Shown piece by piece: positions 9,736 to 19,827 of a DNA stretch of 64,000 bases (positions within the stretch are counted from its first letter, which is position 1; the number at the start of each line of letters is the position of its first letter). The DNA is taken from assembly GCA_965219085.1 (NCBI GenBank), contig OZ244720.1, positions 2,688,001 to 2,752,000 on the forward strand, given 5' to 3'. Source of the DNA: Dehalococcoidia bacterium (GTDB lineage: Bacteria; Chloroflexota; Dehalococcoidia; UBA2979). The position numbers and the translations under genes were made by a program. Under the pieces are notes generated by a model. That model made no database searches and was not told the DNA's origin. It worked only from the letters and a program-made list of their open reading frames with translations.

Positions 9736-10551
9736 TCAGCTCCGCAGCTGCGACCGCCAGGCGTCGATCGCGCCGCGCACGCCCAACTCGCGCACGCTGT
9801 CGCGCATCGCCTCCACGTCGGGCGAGAAGTGCGCGATGGCGTCGAGTTCGGCGCCGGCGCGGAGAGCCGCGCGCATGCCCCGGATCTCCTCCACGCGGTT
9901 CGCGGAGAGCTTGTGGATGGCGAGCACGTCCTTCGGGACCATCGAGATGCGCTGCACGTAGTCCTCGACGTACTCGTCGAGGATCTCGGGGTGGATGGCC
10001 TCGTTGAACAGGCCGTACTCGGCGGCCTGGATGCCGGTGATGAACTCGCCGGACGGGAACGCGAACTGCTTCGCGCGCTTCGGGCCCATGTGCCACGCCC
10101 AGAACGCCGTGACATAACCGGCACCGAGGGGTAACTGCGGCCCGCTGCCGACGCGCGTGTCCTCGGCGACGAACGTCACGTCGCAGATCGCAGCGAGCTG
10201 CGTGGCGCCGGCGATGCAGTAGCCGTGCACCTTGGCGATGACCGGCAGCCGCAGCTCCGGGATGCGCAGCCACAGCCGCAGGCCGTCCTCGATATTGTCG
10301 CGGTCCGAGGTGGGCGAGTAGGGGCGGTCGCTGTCGGCGTCGCTCGGCGCGCCGAGCTGGTAGCCGGTGGAGAAGGCGCGGCCCGCGCCCTGGATCAGCG
10401 CGACATGCACGCCGTGGTCGCGCTCGGCCTCCTCGAGCGCCTCGATGATCTCGCGCTGCATCTGGCGGCTGATCGCGTTCAGGCGCTCAGGGCCGTTGAG
10501 CGTGATGGTCGCTATCCGTCCGTCGACCTCGTAGAGGATCTCCTCGGGCAT
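9736..10551 (-). CDS. enoyl-CoA hydratase/isomerase family protein
   Basis: ITLNGPERLNA, GAGRAFSTG, PVIAKVHGYCIAG. Confidence 0.88.
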   Translation of the reverse strand: MPEEILYEVDGRIATITLNGPERLNAISRQMQREIIEALEEAERDHGVHVALIQGAGRAFSTGYQLGAPSDADSDRPYSPTSDRDNIEDGLRLWLRIPELRLPVIAKVHGYCIAGATQLAAICDVTFVAEDTRVGSGPQLPLGAGYVTAFWAWHMGPKRAKQFAFPSGEFITGIQAAEYGLFNEAIHPEILDEYVEDYVQRISMVPKDVLAIHKLSANRVEEIRGMRAALRAGAELDAIAHFSPDVEAMRDSVRELGVRGAIDAWRSQLRS

Positions 10552-10667
10552 CACGCGCCTCCTCGCTCGGCATGCCGCCCCTCGGCGGGCGGAGTATAGC
10601 GGGCGCGTCCGCATACACTCGCAGCCGTGCCGGACCCGCCGGCATCGAGGGTCGAAGGGGTGGGGCC

Positions 10668-11537
10668 ATGCAGCTCGGCATCGTGGGGTTGGGCCGGATG
10701 GGCGCGGCGATGCGCGAGCGGCTGCGCCGCGGCGGCCACGAGGTGACGGGATTCGACCTCAACGCCGAGGTGAGCGACGTCGCTTCGCTGCACGAGCTCG
10801 TCGACGGCCTCGACGTGCCGCGCGTGGTGTGGCTCATGGCTCCCGCGGGCGAGACGACCGAGGCGCTCGTGGCGGAGCTGGCCGGGCTGCTCACGCCGGG
10901 CGACATCCTCGTCGACGGGGGGAACAGCCTCTACAAGGACTCGATCCGCCGCGGCGAGATGCTGGCCGGGCGCGACATCCGGTTCCTCGACGCGGGGGTG
11001 TCGGGCGGCATCTGGGGGTTGGAGCACGGCTTCTGCGTCATGGTCGGCGGCGACCGCGACGCCTTCGAGGTCGTCGAGCCGGTGATCGCCACGCTCGCGC
11101 CGGAGGACGGCTACCTGCACGTCGGGCCGGGCGGCGCGGGGCACTACGTGAAGATGATCCACAACGGCATCGAGTACGGGCTGATGCAGGCCTACGCCGA
11201 GGGCTTCGACCTGCTCCGCGCGTACGACGACGACCTCGACCTCCCCGCGATCGCGGCGCTCTGGCAACACGGCTCAGTGGTGCGGTCGTGGCTGCTCGAG
11301 CTCGCCGGCCGGGCGCTCGCCGATGACCCCGAGCTCGAGCGCTTGCAGCCGTACGTGGAGGACTCGGGCGAGGGGCGCTGGACGGCCATCGAGGCGGTCG
11401 AGCGAGGGGTGCCCGCGAGCGTGATCACCGAATCGCTGTTCGCACGCTTTGCCTCGCGCGACGAGCAGTCGTTTGCGCTGCGCATGCTCGCCGCGCTGCG
11501 GCAGCAGTTCGGGGGTCACGCGGTGCGCGAGGCGTGA
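10668..11537 (+). CDS. gnd: 6-phosphogluconate dehydrogenase (decarboxylating, short form)
   Basis: GLGRMG, DGGNS, VSGGIWG, KMIHNGIEYG, DSGEGRW, FGGH. Confidence 0.93.
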   Translation: MQLGIVGLGRMGAAMRERLRRGGHEVTGFDLNAEVSDVASLHELVDGLDVPRVVWLMAPAGETTEALVAELAGLLTPGDILVDGGNSLYKDSIRRGEMLAGRDIRFLDAGVSGGIWGLEHGFCVMVGGDRDAFEVVEPVIATLAPEDGYLHVGPGGAGHYVKMIHNGIEYGLMQAYAEGFDLLRAYDDDLDLPAIAALWQHGSVVRSWLLELAGRALADDPELERLQPYVEDSGEGRWTAIEAVERGVPASVITESLFARFASRDEQSFALRMLAALRQQFGGHAVREA

Positions 11538-11556
11538 TGGCCTCGACGTCGGCGGG

Positions 11557-12357
11557 CTACAGACCGTCCGCGTCTCCGTCGAGGGGGCTCAGTCCGTCGG
11601 CGCCGAGGGACCAGCCGTCGAGACTGGCGCAGCGCAGCAGCATGTGATCGCGCACCGCGCGGAGCACCTCGACACGGGCGTGGCGCTTGTTCTCACCCGA
11701 GATGAGGACCCACGGCGCGTCCTCGGTGTGGGTGCGCTCGAACATCTCGTCGGCGGCCGCGACGTACGCTTCCCAGTGCTGGCGGTTGCGCCAGTCCTCG
11801 TCGGTGAGCTTGTAGCGCTTGAACGGGTCGTCGGCACGCTCCTCGAAGCGGCGGAGCTGTTCGTCCGGGCTCACGTGCAGCCAGAGCTTGAGCACGGCGA
11901 TCCGGTCGTCGGCGTAGTGGCGCTCGAACTCGCGGATCTCGCGGTAGGCGCGCTCGTACTCCTCGGGCGACGCTAAGCCCTCGACGCGCTCGACCAGGAC
12001 GCGGCCGTACCAGGAGCGGTCGAAGATCACCATGTCGCCACGCGCGGGCATCCTGGCGTGGAAGCGCTGCAGGTAGTGCTGCTTCGCCTCCTGATCGGTC
12101 GGCGGGCCGGTGGAGTAGACGCGGTAGCCGCGGGCGTCGAGGTGGCCGGTGAGGCGTGCGATGGCGCCGCCCTTGCCGGACGCGTCGAGCCCCTCGAAGA
12201 CAATCGCGATGCCGCATTCCGCCTCGTCGCGGAGGTGCGACTGGATGTGGACGAGGTCGAGCTGCAGGCGGGTGCGCTCCAGCTTGTAGTCGGAGCTGCG
12301 AACCCGTTTCGTGGGGTCGAAGTCGGCGATGCGCGGGGGGCGCGTCAATACCTGCAT
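11557..12357 (-). CDS. ppk2: polyphosphate kinase 2 family protein
   Basis: FEGLDASGKGG Walker A, FDRSWYGRVLVERVEG, KLTDEDWRNR. Confidence 0.9.
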   Translation of the reverse strand: MQVLTRPPRIADFDPTKRVRSSDYKLERTRLQLDLVHIQSHLRDEAECGIAIVFEGLDASGKGGAIARLTGHLDARGYRVYSTGPPTDQEAKQHYLQRFHARMPARGDMVIFDRSWYGRVLVERVEGLASPEEYERAYREIREFERHYADDRIAVLKLWLHVSPDEQLRRFEERADDPFKRYKLTDEDWRNRQHWEAYVAAADEMFERTHTEDAPWVLISGENKRHARVEVLRAVRDHMLLRCASLDGWSLGADGLSPLDGDADGL

Positions 12358-12652
12358 CGGCTCGCTACTTTACGATCGGGATGGAAGGCCTGCACTGGCA
12401 CGGCGCTGTCAGAGGCATGCGCTGTCGCGATGCACCTGCGGCGGGTCCTGTTGGTCCACCACGGGCGTGCTGTTCCGAGTAGCACACCATAATGCTACGA
12501 TCGCCGCGCGGTTGGACGGCTCCCCTCGCTCCGGCCCCGTCGCCGGACTCAGCGCGGCCGCCGCCAGGCTTCAGCCATGGCCATAGCACGCCATGCCGCA
12601 TCACCGGGCGTACACGCCGGCGCACGCCGCCGCAGACCGCTGGAGTATCGAC

Positions 12653-13720
12653 ATGGCTCAACGGATTGCCGACGTCCACGTGCGCAACACCGTACCGCTG
12701 CCCACACCCCGAGAACTCGAGGCCGAGTTCCCCGTCTCCGACGAGGTGCGCGCCTCCGTGGTGCGTGGCCGCCAGGCCATCGAGGACATCCTCGACGGGC
12801 GCGACTCGCGCCTGCTCGTCATCACCGGCCCGTGCTCGATCCACGACGAGCAGGCCGCGCTCGAGTACGCCAGGCGCCTCGCCGAACTCAACGATGAGCT
12901 CGGTGACCGCGTCTGCATCGCAATGCGTGTCTACTTCGAGAAGCCGCGTACGACCGTCGGCTGGAAGGGGATGATCTACGACCCCGACCTCGACGGCTCC
13001 TTCGACATCGCCAGCGGGCTGCGGCGCGCGCGGCAGTTGCTGCTCACGATCGCTGGGATGGGCCTGCCGACGGCGACCGAGTTCCTGGACCCCATCACGC
13101 CACAGTACCTCGCCGACCTGATCTCGTGGACCGCCATCGGCGCCCGCACGACCGAGAGCCAGACGCACCGCCAGATGGCGAGCGGGCTCTCGATGCCGGT
13201 CGGCTTCAAGAACAGCACCGAAGGCAACATCCAGATCGCCGTCGACGCGATGCTCTCGTCGCGTGAGCCGCACGCGTTTCTCGGCATCGACGGCGACGGC
13301 CGCACGTGCACGGTGCTGACGAACGGGAACCCGCACGGCCACATGGTGCTGCGCGGCGGCGCCGACGGGCCGAACTACGCCGCCGACCACGTGCACGCCG
13401 TCTACGACCGCCTCGAAGCAGCCGGGCTGCCTCGCCAGGTGCTCATCGACTGCAGCCACGCCAACTCGAACAAGGACCACACGCGCCAGTCGATCGCGTT
13501 CCGCGACGTGCTTGCGCAGCGCACCGCGGGCGACACCGGTGTGATCGGCCTGATGGTCGAGAGCCACCTGCACGAGGGCAAGCAGTCGCTCGGCGGCGAC
13601 CCGGACGAGCTGCGCTACGGCGTGTCGATCACCGATGCCTGCATCGGCTGGGACGAGACCGTCGAACTGCTGCGCGAAGCAGCGGCCATGAGCCGCGAGC
13701 CCGCCACCGCGTCCGCGTAA
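12653..13720 (+). CDS. aroG: DAHP synthase, class I-alpha
   Basis: GPCSIHD, MRVYFEKPRTTVGWKG, IGARTTESQTHR, DCSHANS, YGVSITDAC; GGAG RBS. Confidence 0.92.
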   Translation: MAQRIADVHVRNTVPLPTPRELEAEFPVSDEVRASVVRGRQAIEDILDGRDSRLLVITGPCSIHDEQAALEYARRLAELNDELGDRVCIAMRVYFEKPRTTVGWKGMIYDPDLDGSFDIASGLRRARQLLLTIAGMGLPTATEFLDPITPQYLADLISWTAIGARTTESQTHRQMASGLSMPVGFKNSTEGNIQIAVDAMLSSREPHAFLGIDGDGRTCTVLTNGNPHGHMVLRGGADGPNYAADHVHAVYDRLEAAGLPRQVLIDCSHANSNKDHTRQSIAFRDVLAQRTAGDTGVIGLMVESHLHEGKQSLGGDPDELRYGVSITDACIGWDETVELLREAAAMSREPATASA

Positions 13721-13751
13721 GCGCGCCCCGGCGCGGCTACCCTGCCTCCGG

Positions 13752-14309
13752 CTATCGAGCCGTCCAGCGCGGCTCGTCGACGCCCGCCTGCGCGTTGACG
13801 CTGCGCGCCGCCACGAACAGGAAGTCGGACAGCCGGTTGAGGTAGCGCAACGCCTCGCCCGAGACCTCCTCGGAGGCCGCGAGGGTGACCGCGCGCCGCT
13901 CCGCGCGCCGGCACACCGTCCGAGCGTGGTGGAGCGAGGCCGCCGCGGGCGCGCCGCCGGGCAGGATGAACTGCGTCAGCGGCTCCAGGTCCTCCTCGAT
14001 CTCGTCGATCCAGCGCTCGAGCCGCTCGATCGACTCGACGGGCACCTGCGGGGCGAGTTGGCCCGCGGCCACGCGCTCGCGCACCGTCGGCGTCGCGAGC
14101 TCGCCGCCGAGGTCGAACAGCGTCGACTGCACCTCGAGCAGCATCTCGCGCAGCCCGGTCTCCGCGAGCGCGGCGACGGCGGCGCCGAGCACGGCGTTGA
14201 GCTCGTCGACGGCGCCGTAGGCCTCGACGCGCTGCGCGTCCTTGCGCACGCGCGGGCCGCCGAACAGCCCGGTCTCACCCTCGTCGCCGGTGCGCGTATA
14301 GATCTTCAT
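13752..14309 (-). CDS. pduO: cob(I)alamin adenosyltransferase, PduO type
   Basis: KIYTRTGDEGET, EAYGAVDELN, FILPGG, RTVCRRAER, YLNRLSD. Confidence 0.93.
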   Translation of the reverse strand: MKIYTRTGDEGETGLFGGPRVRKDAQRVEAYGAVDELNAVLGAAVAALAETGLREMLLEVQSTLFDLGGELATPTVRERVAAGQLAPQVPVESIERLERWIDEIEEDLEPLTQFILPGGAPAAASLHHARTVCRRAERRAVTLAASEEVSGEALRYLNRLSDFLFVAARSVNAQAGVDEPRWTAR

Positions 14310-14421
14310 GCGGCGCGGTCCTCCCTCGGTCACCGTAGCAGCATCCCCGGCCTGCGCGCAGCGGAGCTTCGAGGGCACTTGCGGGGTCGCTGCGCGCGTG
14401 GCGGTGCGGCAAGATGCGGGC

Positions 14422-15174
14422 ATGACGCCGCCTGCTGTGCTGTTGCCGCCGTACCGTTTCCCGGCGTGGTTCTTCGTGCGCTGGCTGTGGACCGTGCTCG
14501 TGCTGCGTCGGCGTCGGCACCCCGGCCGAGACGCCCTCGAGATGCTCGCGGGCCAACCGCAGCCGCGCGTCGAGGGCATCGAGCGGGTGCCGACGACGGG
14601 GCCGTGCGTGTTGGCGATGAACCACTACGAGCGGCCGGGGCTGCGCGTGTGGTGGGGCGTCGCGCTGATGAACGCGGCGGTATGGCAGCACCGCGGCGAC
14701 CCGCCGATGCGCTGGCTCATGACCGACCGCTTCGAGGGCTTCCGCGCGGGCATCCGCTGGCCTGACGCGATCATGGGGTGGCTCCTCGGCCGCATCGCGT
14801 GGGCGTACGGGCACATGCTCGTGCCGAAGCCGACCGGCGACGCCGCCCCGCGCGCGCTCGTGCTCCGCGAGGCGAGGCGCGCGCTGCGCGACGGCGGTGT
14901 GGTCGGCGTGACGCCGGAGGCGGCCAGCGGCTTCGGCTCGGAACTCGCGGCGGCCTGGCCGGGGTCCGGCGCGGCCCTCGCGTGGCTGTCGGGCGGGTCC
15001 GTACCAATCGTCCCGGTCGCGTTCTTCGAGGACGATGAGGCGCGACTCGTCGCCCGCGTCGGCGAGCCGTTCACCCTCGATCGCGTGGGCGACGATGAGG
15101 GCGCCGAGGCGGTGATGGGTGCGATCGCGGCCTTGCTGCCGCCCGAGTTGCGCGGGCGGTACGGCAGCGCGTGA
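14422..15174 (+). CDS. PlsC-like acyltransferase family protein
   Basis: VEGIERVPTTGPCVLAMNHY, GVTPEA, VPIVPVA blocks. Confidence 0.7.
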   Translation: MTPPAVLLPPYRFPAWFFVRWLWTVLVLRRRRHPGRDALEMLAGQPQPRVEGIERVPTTGPCVLAMNHYERPGLRVWWGVALMNAAVWQHRGDPPMRWLMTDRFEGFRAGIRWPDAIMGWLLGRIAWAYGHMLVPKPTGDAAPRALVLREARRALRDGGVVGVTPEAASGFGSELAAAWPGSGAALAWLSGGSVPIVPVAFFEDDEARLVARVGEPFTLDRVGDDEGAEAVMGAIAALLPPELRGRYGSA

Positions 15175-15207
15175 CCGATCTGCCGTAGCATCGTCTGCCC
15201 CCAGTAG

Positions 15208-16671
15208 ATGGCGCACTGGGATGGCGCGGAGGGCCCAGTGGCAAGCGACGCAGCGAGTACGTGGCGGCCGTTGCGGGTGAAGCTCGCCTACTCGGCGGGC
15301 AACTTGCCGGGCCAGGTGATCTCGCAAGCGTTCGCGCTGTGGCTCATCTTCTTCTACGCACCACCCGCCGGCGAGGACGCCCCGACGTTCATCCCCTCGC
15401 TCGGCCTGCCCGACCTCGACCTCGGGCTGTTCGCGCTGCCGGACGAGCTCGCGCCTAGGGTGCTACTCGGTCTCACGCTGACCATCGCGGGCATCGTCGA
15501 GGCGTTCGACGACCCGATCATCGGCTACCTGACGGACCGCACGAAGTCGCGGTGGGGGCGTCGCATCCCGTACGTCGTGCTGGCGACGCCGTGGTGGGCG
15601 TTCCTGTTCTTCCTGCTGTTCGTGCCGCCGTTCGGTGACGGCAGCATCGCGAACCTGCTGTGGCTGGTCGTGGTGCTCGAGGGCTACTGGCTGGCCAGCA
15701 ATATCTCAGGCGCTCCGCTCGAGGCGCTCATGCCGCACATTGCGAAGAGCCATGCGGACCGCGTATCGGTGGCCTCGATGCAGCTCGTGTTCGGCATCCT
15801 CGGCGCGTTCATCGGGCTCGCGGTCAGCTCGGTGCTGATCGACATCGTCGGGTTCCCGACGATGGCGGGCATCCTCGCGGTCGTCGCGTTCGTTGGGCGC
15901 TACGCGTCGTTGGCGGGGTGCTGGGACTACGCGCGGACGGACGACGAGCCCTCGACGCCCGGACTCGTGCGGTCGGTGCGCGAGACGCTCTCGAACCCGC
16001 ACTTCATCGCGTTCCTGCCGGGCTTCATCTTCTTCCGCATCGCGCAGATCATGATCACCGCGTGGATCCCCTTCTACGTCGCCGCAGTACTCGGGGATGT
16101 CGAGGCGTTCGGGTTCAGCGGCGCGGAGGACGAGGGCGCGTTCACGTCGGCGATGACGGCGCTGATCATCCTCGGGGTGCTGGCGGGGATCGCGATCTTC
16201 GCGCCGCTCGCGCGGCGCGCTGGCAAGGCGCGCGCGTTCCGCGTGTCGATGCTGTGGGGGGCGGCGACGCTGTTCCTGCTGTTCTTCGTCGGGTTCGTGC
16301 CGGGCGTGCCGAAGCTGGTGCAGACCGCCGTGACCGTGCTGTTCGCCGCCTTCCCGCTAGCCGGCGTGTTCATGCTGCCCAACATCCTCATCGCCGACAT
16401 CGTCGACCACGACGCGGAGCGCACCTCGACGCGTCGCGAGGGGATGTTCTACGGCACGCAGAACCTGCTGGAGAAGAGCGCCTCGGCGTTCGCGCCGCTG
16501 ATCTTCGCGCTCGTGTTGCTGGCCGGCGACAGCGCCGAGGACCCCCTCGGCATTCGCCTCGTCGGCCCCGTGGGCGGCGTGCTGCTCCTCATCGGCTGGT
16601 TCTCGTTCCGCCGCTACGCGCTGTACGACGATGTGCGCGGTGGCCAGGCGAGCGAGGTCGATGCAGGGTAG
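15208..16671 (+). CDS. MFS transporter, GPH/MelB-like
   Basis: DPIIGYLTDRTKSRWGRRIPY, ADIVDHD...RREGMFYG; about 12 TM segments. Confidence 0.88.
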   Translation: MAHWDGAEGPVASDAASTWRPLRVKLAYSAGNLPGQVISQAFALWLIFFYAPPAGEDAPTFIPSLGLPDLDLGLFALPDELAPRVLLGLTLTIAGIVEAFDDPIIGYLTDRTKSRWGRRIPYVVLATPWWAFLFFLLFVPPFGDGSIANLLWLVVVLEGYWLASNISGAPLEALMPHIAKSHADRVSVASMQLVFGILGAFIGLAVSSVLIDIVGFPTMAGILAVVAFVGRYASLAGCWDYARTDDEPSTPGLVRSVRETLSNPHFIAFLPGFIFFRIAQIMITAWIPFYVAAVLGDVEAFGFSGAEDEGAFTSAMTALIILGVLAGIAIFAPLARRAGKARAFRVSMLWGAATLFLLFFVGFVPGVPKLVQTAVTVLFAAFPLAGVFMLPNILIADIVDHDAERTSTRREGMFYGTQNLLEKSASAFAPLIFALVLLAGDSAEDPLGIRLVGPVGGVLLLIGWFSFRRYALYDDVRGGQASEVDAG

Positions 16672-16749
16672 CGGGGGGCAGGACTGTCGCCAGGGTCACA
16701 GGCTGAGTAGTGCCCGGGTAGCCCGTACTATCGTAATATTACAAACTCG

Positions 16750-19116
16750 ATGGCCATCGCGTATGAGCGGATCGAATACTCGGAGGGACCTGCCGTGGCG
16801 TGGGATTTCTTGGACGACATTCCGATGGATAAGAGCTACACGCTCGATCAGCTCACGGGCCGCTTCCAGTCCATGAGTAACGGGCTCCCGGAGCTCGTCA
16901 AGAACTCCAAGGACCAGTACATGAGACTGGGAGTGGATGAGCGCTCAGACCGACAGATTCTCGTGATCGCCTCTCCGACTCACGGAACGCTTGGTGTGAT
17001 CGATTTTGCGGGAGCTGGATTGGCGGATTTCGACGGTTGGCTAACCTGGTCGAGCCGCACGGCGGGTCGTGGCGACCTTTCTGGTGATATCGAAGCAGGG
17101 CACGGGAATGGCGGAAAGGCGTTCATGGTGCGTGGCTCCTCGGGCGAGTCCTTCATGGAGTCCTGCGCACTGGGCAAGCGAACGAAGATGGGCTTCGATA
17201 GCTCCTCCTCACGGTATCTATACATTCCGGCTTACGCTCGGGAGGGCAGCGTACAGGTCAAGGACGTAGACGAGAATGACGTTGTCGGTCGACTCGCTGA
17301 TGTGCTCACGGCCTTTGGCTTGGAATTCTCGGAAATCCCACCAGCGTGTCAGCGAGCGTTCGAACAAAGAAATGCCTTCACAGCTGTCGTGATCGGGGAC
17401 GTGCGGGACTGGCGAGGACGGAGAGCGCAGACTGTACAGCGACTCGCCGCCGAGATCCCCGAGGCCCTGTCCACGCACGCGCAAGCTTCGCTCACTATCG
17501 AGATGTGCGAGGTCCTGGTCATGGCAGGGAGCCAAGTCATCACGCCCGGACCGATCTCAGTCGAGTACCCCGATCCACGTGGGGGCTTCGAGGACCTGCC
17601 GCTGATTTCAGTGCCGAGCAGGTTGCCAGACCCCCGGACCAGAGAGCAGGTTTCCACCCTCGGTGAGCGGGGAGGCTCGGGGTCACTTCAGCTGCGAACG
17701 AGTGCCACCCACTTGCGCATGTCGGATCGGAACAAACCGCTAAACGTGATCAGGGTGCGCAACGCCCGCAACATCGTGGGCTCCTGGACCTTGGCCGACT
17801 TGGCACCGATTGCGGAGTCGGCCTTCGTCTACGGCGTGCTCTCGCTCCCCGCATTGAGAGGTGAACATCTCGCCGGCGCCGACCGGATGGGATTCGCCGA
17901 TACACCGCTGGTCCGCGCGGTGGCGAGCTGGCTGTCGGAACAGGTCGAGGATCTAGCGGAGCGAATCCGGGCCGCCAACGCAGCGCAGAACAGGCCCGAA
18001 GATCACGAGAAGGCGACGAACGCACTCGACAAGATGCGCGATCTGATGCGGAAGTATGTCGAGGCGAATAGGCCTGACGCTGGCCGTGGGCACGGTGAAG
18101 GGGAAGGCCAGGAAGGCCCGTTCCCTCCGCCACCGCCCGGTCCTCAGTGGGGCACAAGCGTTGACGAGATCGTACTTGAGCAAGGCAGCGATATGATCGC
18201 AGCGGCGGTCGGCACACAGGTTCCCCTAGTGTTCAGGGCTTACGAGATCACCGATTCAGGCGAGCGCCACCCGGTACGGCACGCAGAACTGGTTCTTGAG
18301 GCCGACGTTCCGGGGATAGTTGATCTTGAAGGGCGCGCTTTGCAAGTATTGAGTGAGGGCGCCACCGACGTGCGCCTTGTATCGCTCGACACGGGAGCAC
18401 GCTCAGATACAGTTCTTGTGGAGGCTGTTGTTTGCACCGGCGTGGACATCATCCCGCCCGGCGATCAATTGAAGCGGGGTCAGCGGTCACGGCTGACCGC
18501 GTCGTTCCATACTCCGTCAGGACACCGGACGGATCTGCTGATGCAAGCTTGGGTCGATGAAACAGACATGGGTACCTTGGGACGCACAGGTTACTTTACG
18601 GCCGGGTACTTGGAAGGCACCGCGACTTGTGCCGTACGCTATGGCGAGGCCAGGATCGATGTTCAGCGTGAGTTCGTAAACATCGGGCCAGAGGTCGCCG
18701 AGCGGCCTGGCGTCGGTGGGAGCGACATTCCGCTCATCCTGCTTTGTAGAACAGATGCTCCTGGCACCGAGGATCGCACCGCCGAGCAACGGACGCATCC
18801 GGGAGGGCCCGAGCACGCTACCATTATTGAGGAACCTCAGTGGCCTAACGTCGTTTGGATCAACCCTGAGAGTCAGGAAAGTCGGCGAGTTCGGCGGCGA
18901 GGGCCCGTAGGCCAAACGAGGATCACTACAAAGACGTACACTCAGTTCTTGGCGCTGAAGTGCTTCGAGATACTGAAGCGCCTGATAGTCCGCTCGGCCT
19001 TAGCTGGGGAGCGCGTTACTGAGGTGCGCTACACTGCTGAACTCACGCAGGCCGAGATGGATGCCGCAGGGTTCATCGATGACGCATATGCACTTGCCGA
19101 CGAGTTGACCCAGTGA
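16750..19116 (+). CDS. GHKL (MORC/Hsp90-like) ATPase-domain protein
   Basis: LPELVKNSKD (N-box), VIDFAGAG (G1), GHGNGGKAF (G2); then helical segment, poly-Pro and beta-rich C-terminal region; atypical codon use. Confidence 0.75.
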   Translation: MAIAYERIEYSEGPAVAWDFLDDIPMDKSYTLDQLTGRFQSMSNGLPELVKNSKDQYMRLGVDERSDRQILVIASPTHGTLGVIDFAGAGLADFDGWLTWSSRTAGRGDLSGDIEAGHGNGGKAFMVRGSSGESFMESCALGKRTKMGFDSSSSRYLYIPAYAREGSVQVKDVDENDVVGRLADVLTAFGLEFSEIPPACQRAFEQRNAFTAVVIGDVRDWRGRRAQTVQRLAAEIPEALSTHAQASLTIEMCEVLVMAGSQVITPGPISVEYPDPRGGFEDLPLISVPSRLPDPRTREQVSTLGERGGSGSLQLRTSATHLRMSDRNKPLNVIRVRNARNIVGSWTLADLAPIAESAFVYGVLSLPALRGEHLAGADRMGFADTPLVRAVASWLSEQVEDLAERIRAANAAQNRPEDHEKATNALDKMRDLMRKYVEANRPDAGRGHGEGEGQEGPFPPPPPGPQWGTSVDEIVLEQGSDMIAAAVGTQVPLVFRAYEITDSGERHPVRHAELVLEADVPGIVDLEGRALQVLSEGATDVRLVSLDTGARSDTVLVEAVVCTGVDIIPPGDQLKRGQRSRLTASFHTPSGHRTDLLMQAWVDETDMGTLGRTGYFTAGYLEGTATCAVRYGEARIDVQREFVNIGPEVAERPGVGGSDIPLILLCRTDAPGTEDRTAEQRTHPGGPEHATIIEEPQWPNVVWINPESQESRRVRRRGPVGQTRITTKTYTQFLALKCFEILKRLIVRSALAGERVTEVRYTAELTQAEMDAAGFIDDAYALADELTQ

Positions 19117-19129
19117 AGGTGAGGCCACG

Positions 19130-19798
19130 ATGCCCCCGACGGCTGCACAGGTCGTTGTGCTTGCCGCTGTAGACCTCGTTGATACGGGGAGTGACGAATT
19201 CTCCGAGTGGGACTTGACCGTCGCGGCCTGGAAGCGCGACGCCAGTCGCTTCGGATGCCGCGGATACGAAGATCTCTATCCGGACCACAAGCGTGTGATG
19301 ATGGAGATCATGAGCCGGAAGAAGAAGGATAACCCGCTGCGTCGAGGCTGGATGGAGAAGGTACGGCCGAACTACTACCGGGTTACTCCGCTGGGGGTCG
19401 CTGAAGCTCGAAGGATCGGCGGATCTGGCCTGACTCCGTCGGCAGCTCCGGCGCCTCACGCGGTGTACGATGCTGTAATCCGTTACGTGGAGCATCCAGT
19501 TTTTCGTCGCTACCTTGAGGACAGCGATGAGCCAAGATCATGGGTGAGTGCCGCGTCATTCTTGAATCTCAATCAAATGACCGCCCTTGAGCTGGATGAC
19601 ACCTTGCGAGCAGCCTCAGGGGCGGCACGGGCGGCGTGCGAGTGGTTCCGAGAGTCAGGGGAGGTCACCCTTCGGAGGGGCCAAGGCGGTGGCGGACGAT
19701 CGATCCTGCGAGCCGAAGTAGAGCGGCTCCCGGAGTTCCTTGGTACCCTCGAGGCGCGTTTCGCCCCCCAGATGGAGGCACTCCGCGAGCGCACTTGA
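19130..19798 (+). CDS. hypothetical protein, probable N-terminal winged helix
   Basis: 222 aa, GAGG RBS, 13 nt after the ATPase stop; RRGWMEKVRPNYYRVTPLG resembles a wHTH wing. Confidence 0.7.
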   Translation: MPPTAAQVVVLAAVDLVDTGSDEFSEWDLTVAAWKRDASRFGCRGYEDLYPDHKRVMMEIMSRKKKDNPLRRGWMEKVRPNYYRVTPLGVAEARRIGGSGLTPSAAPAPHAVYDAVIRYVEHPVFRRYLEDSDEPRSWVSAASFLNLNQMTALELDDTLRAASGAARAACEWFRESGEVTLRRGQGGGGRSILRAEVERLPEFLGTLEARFAPQMEALRERT

Positions 19799-19827
19799 GG
19801 AAGCGACTGCTTGGGATGCAACGATCT

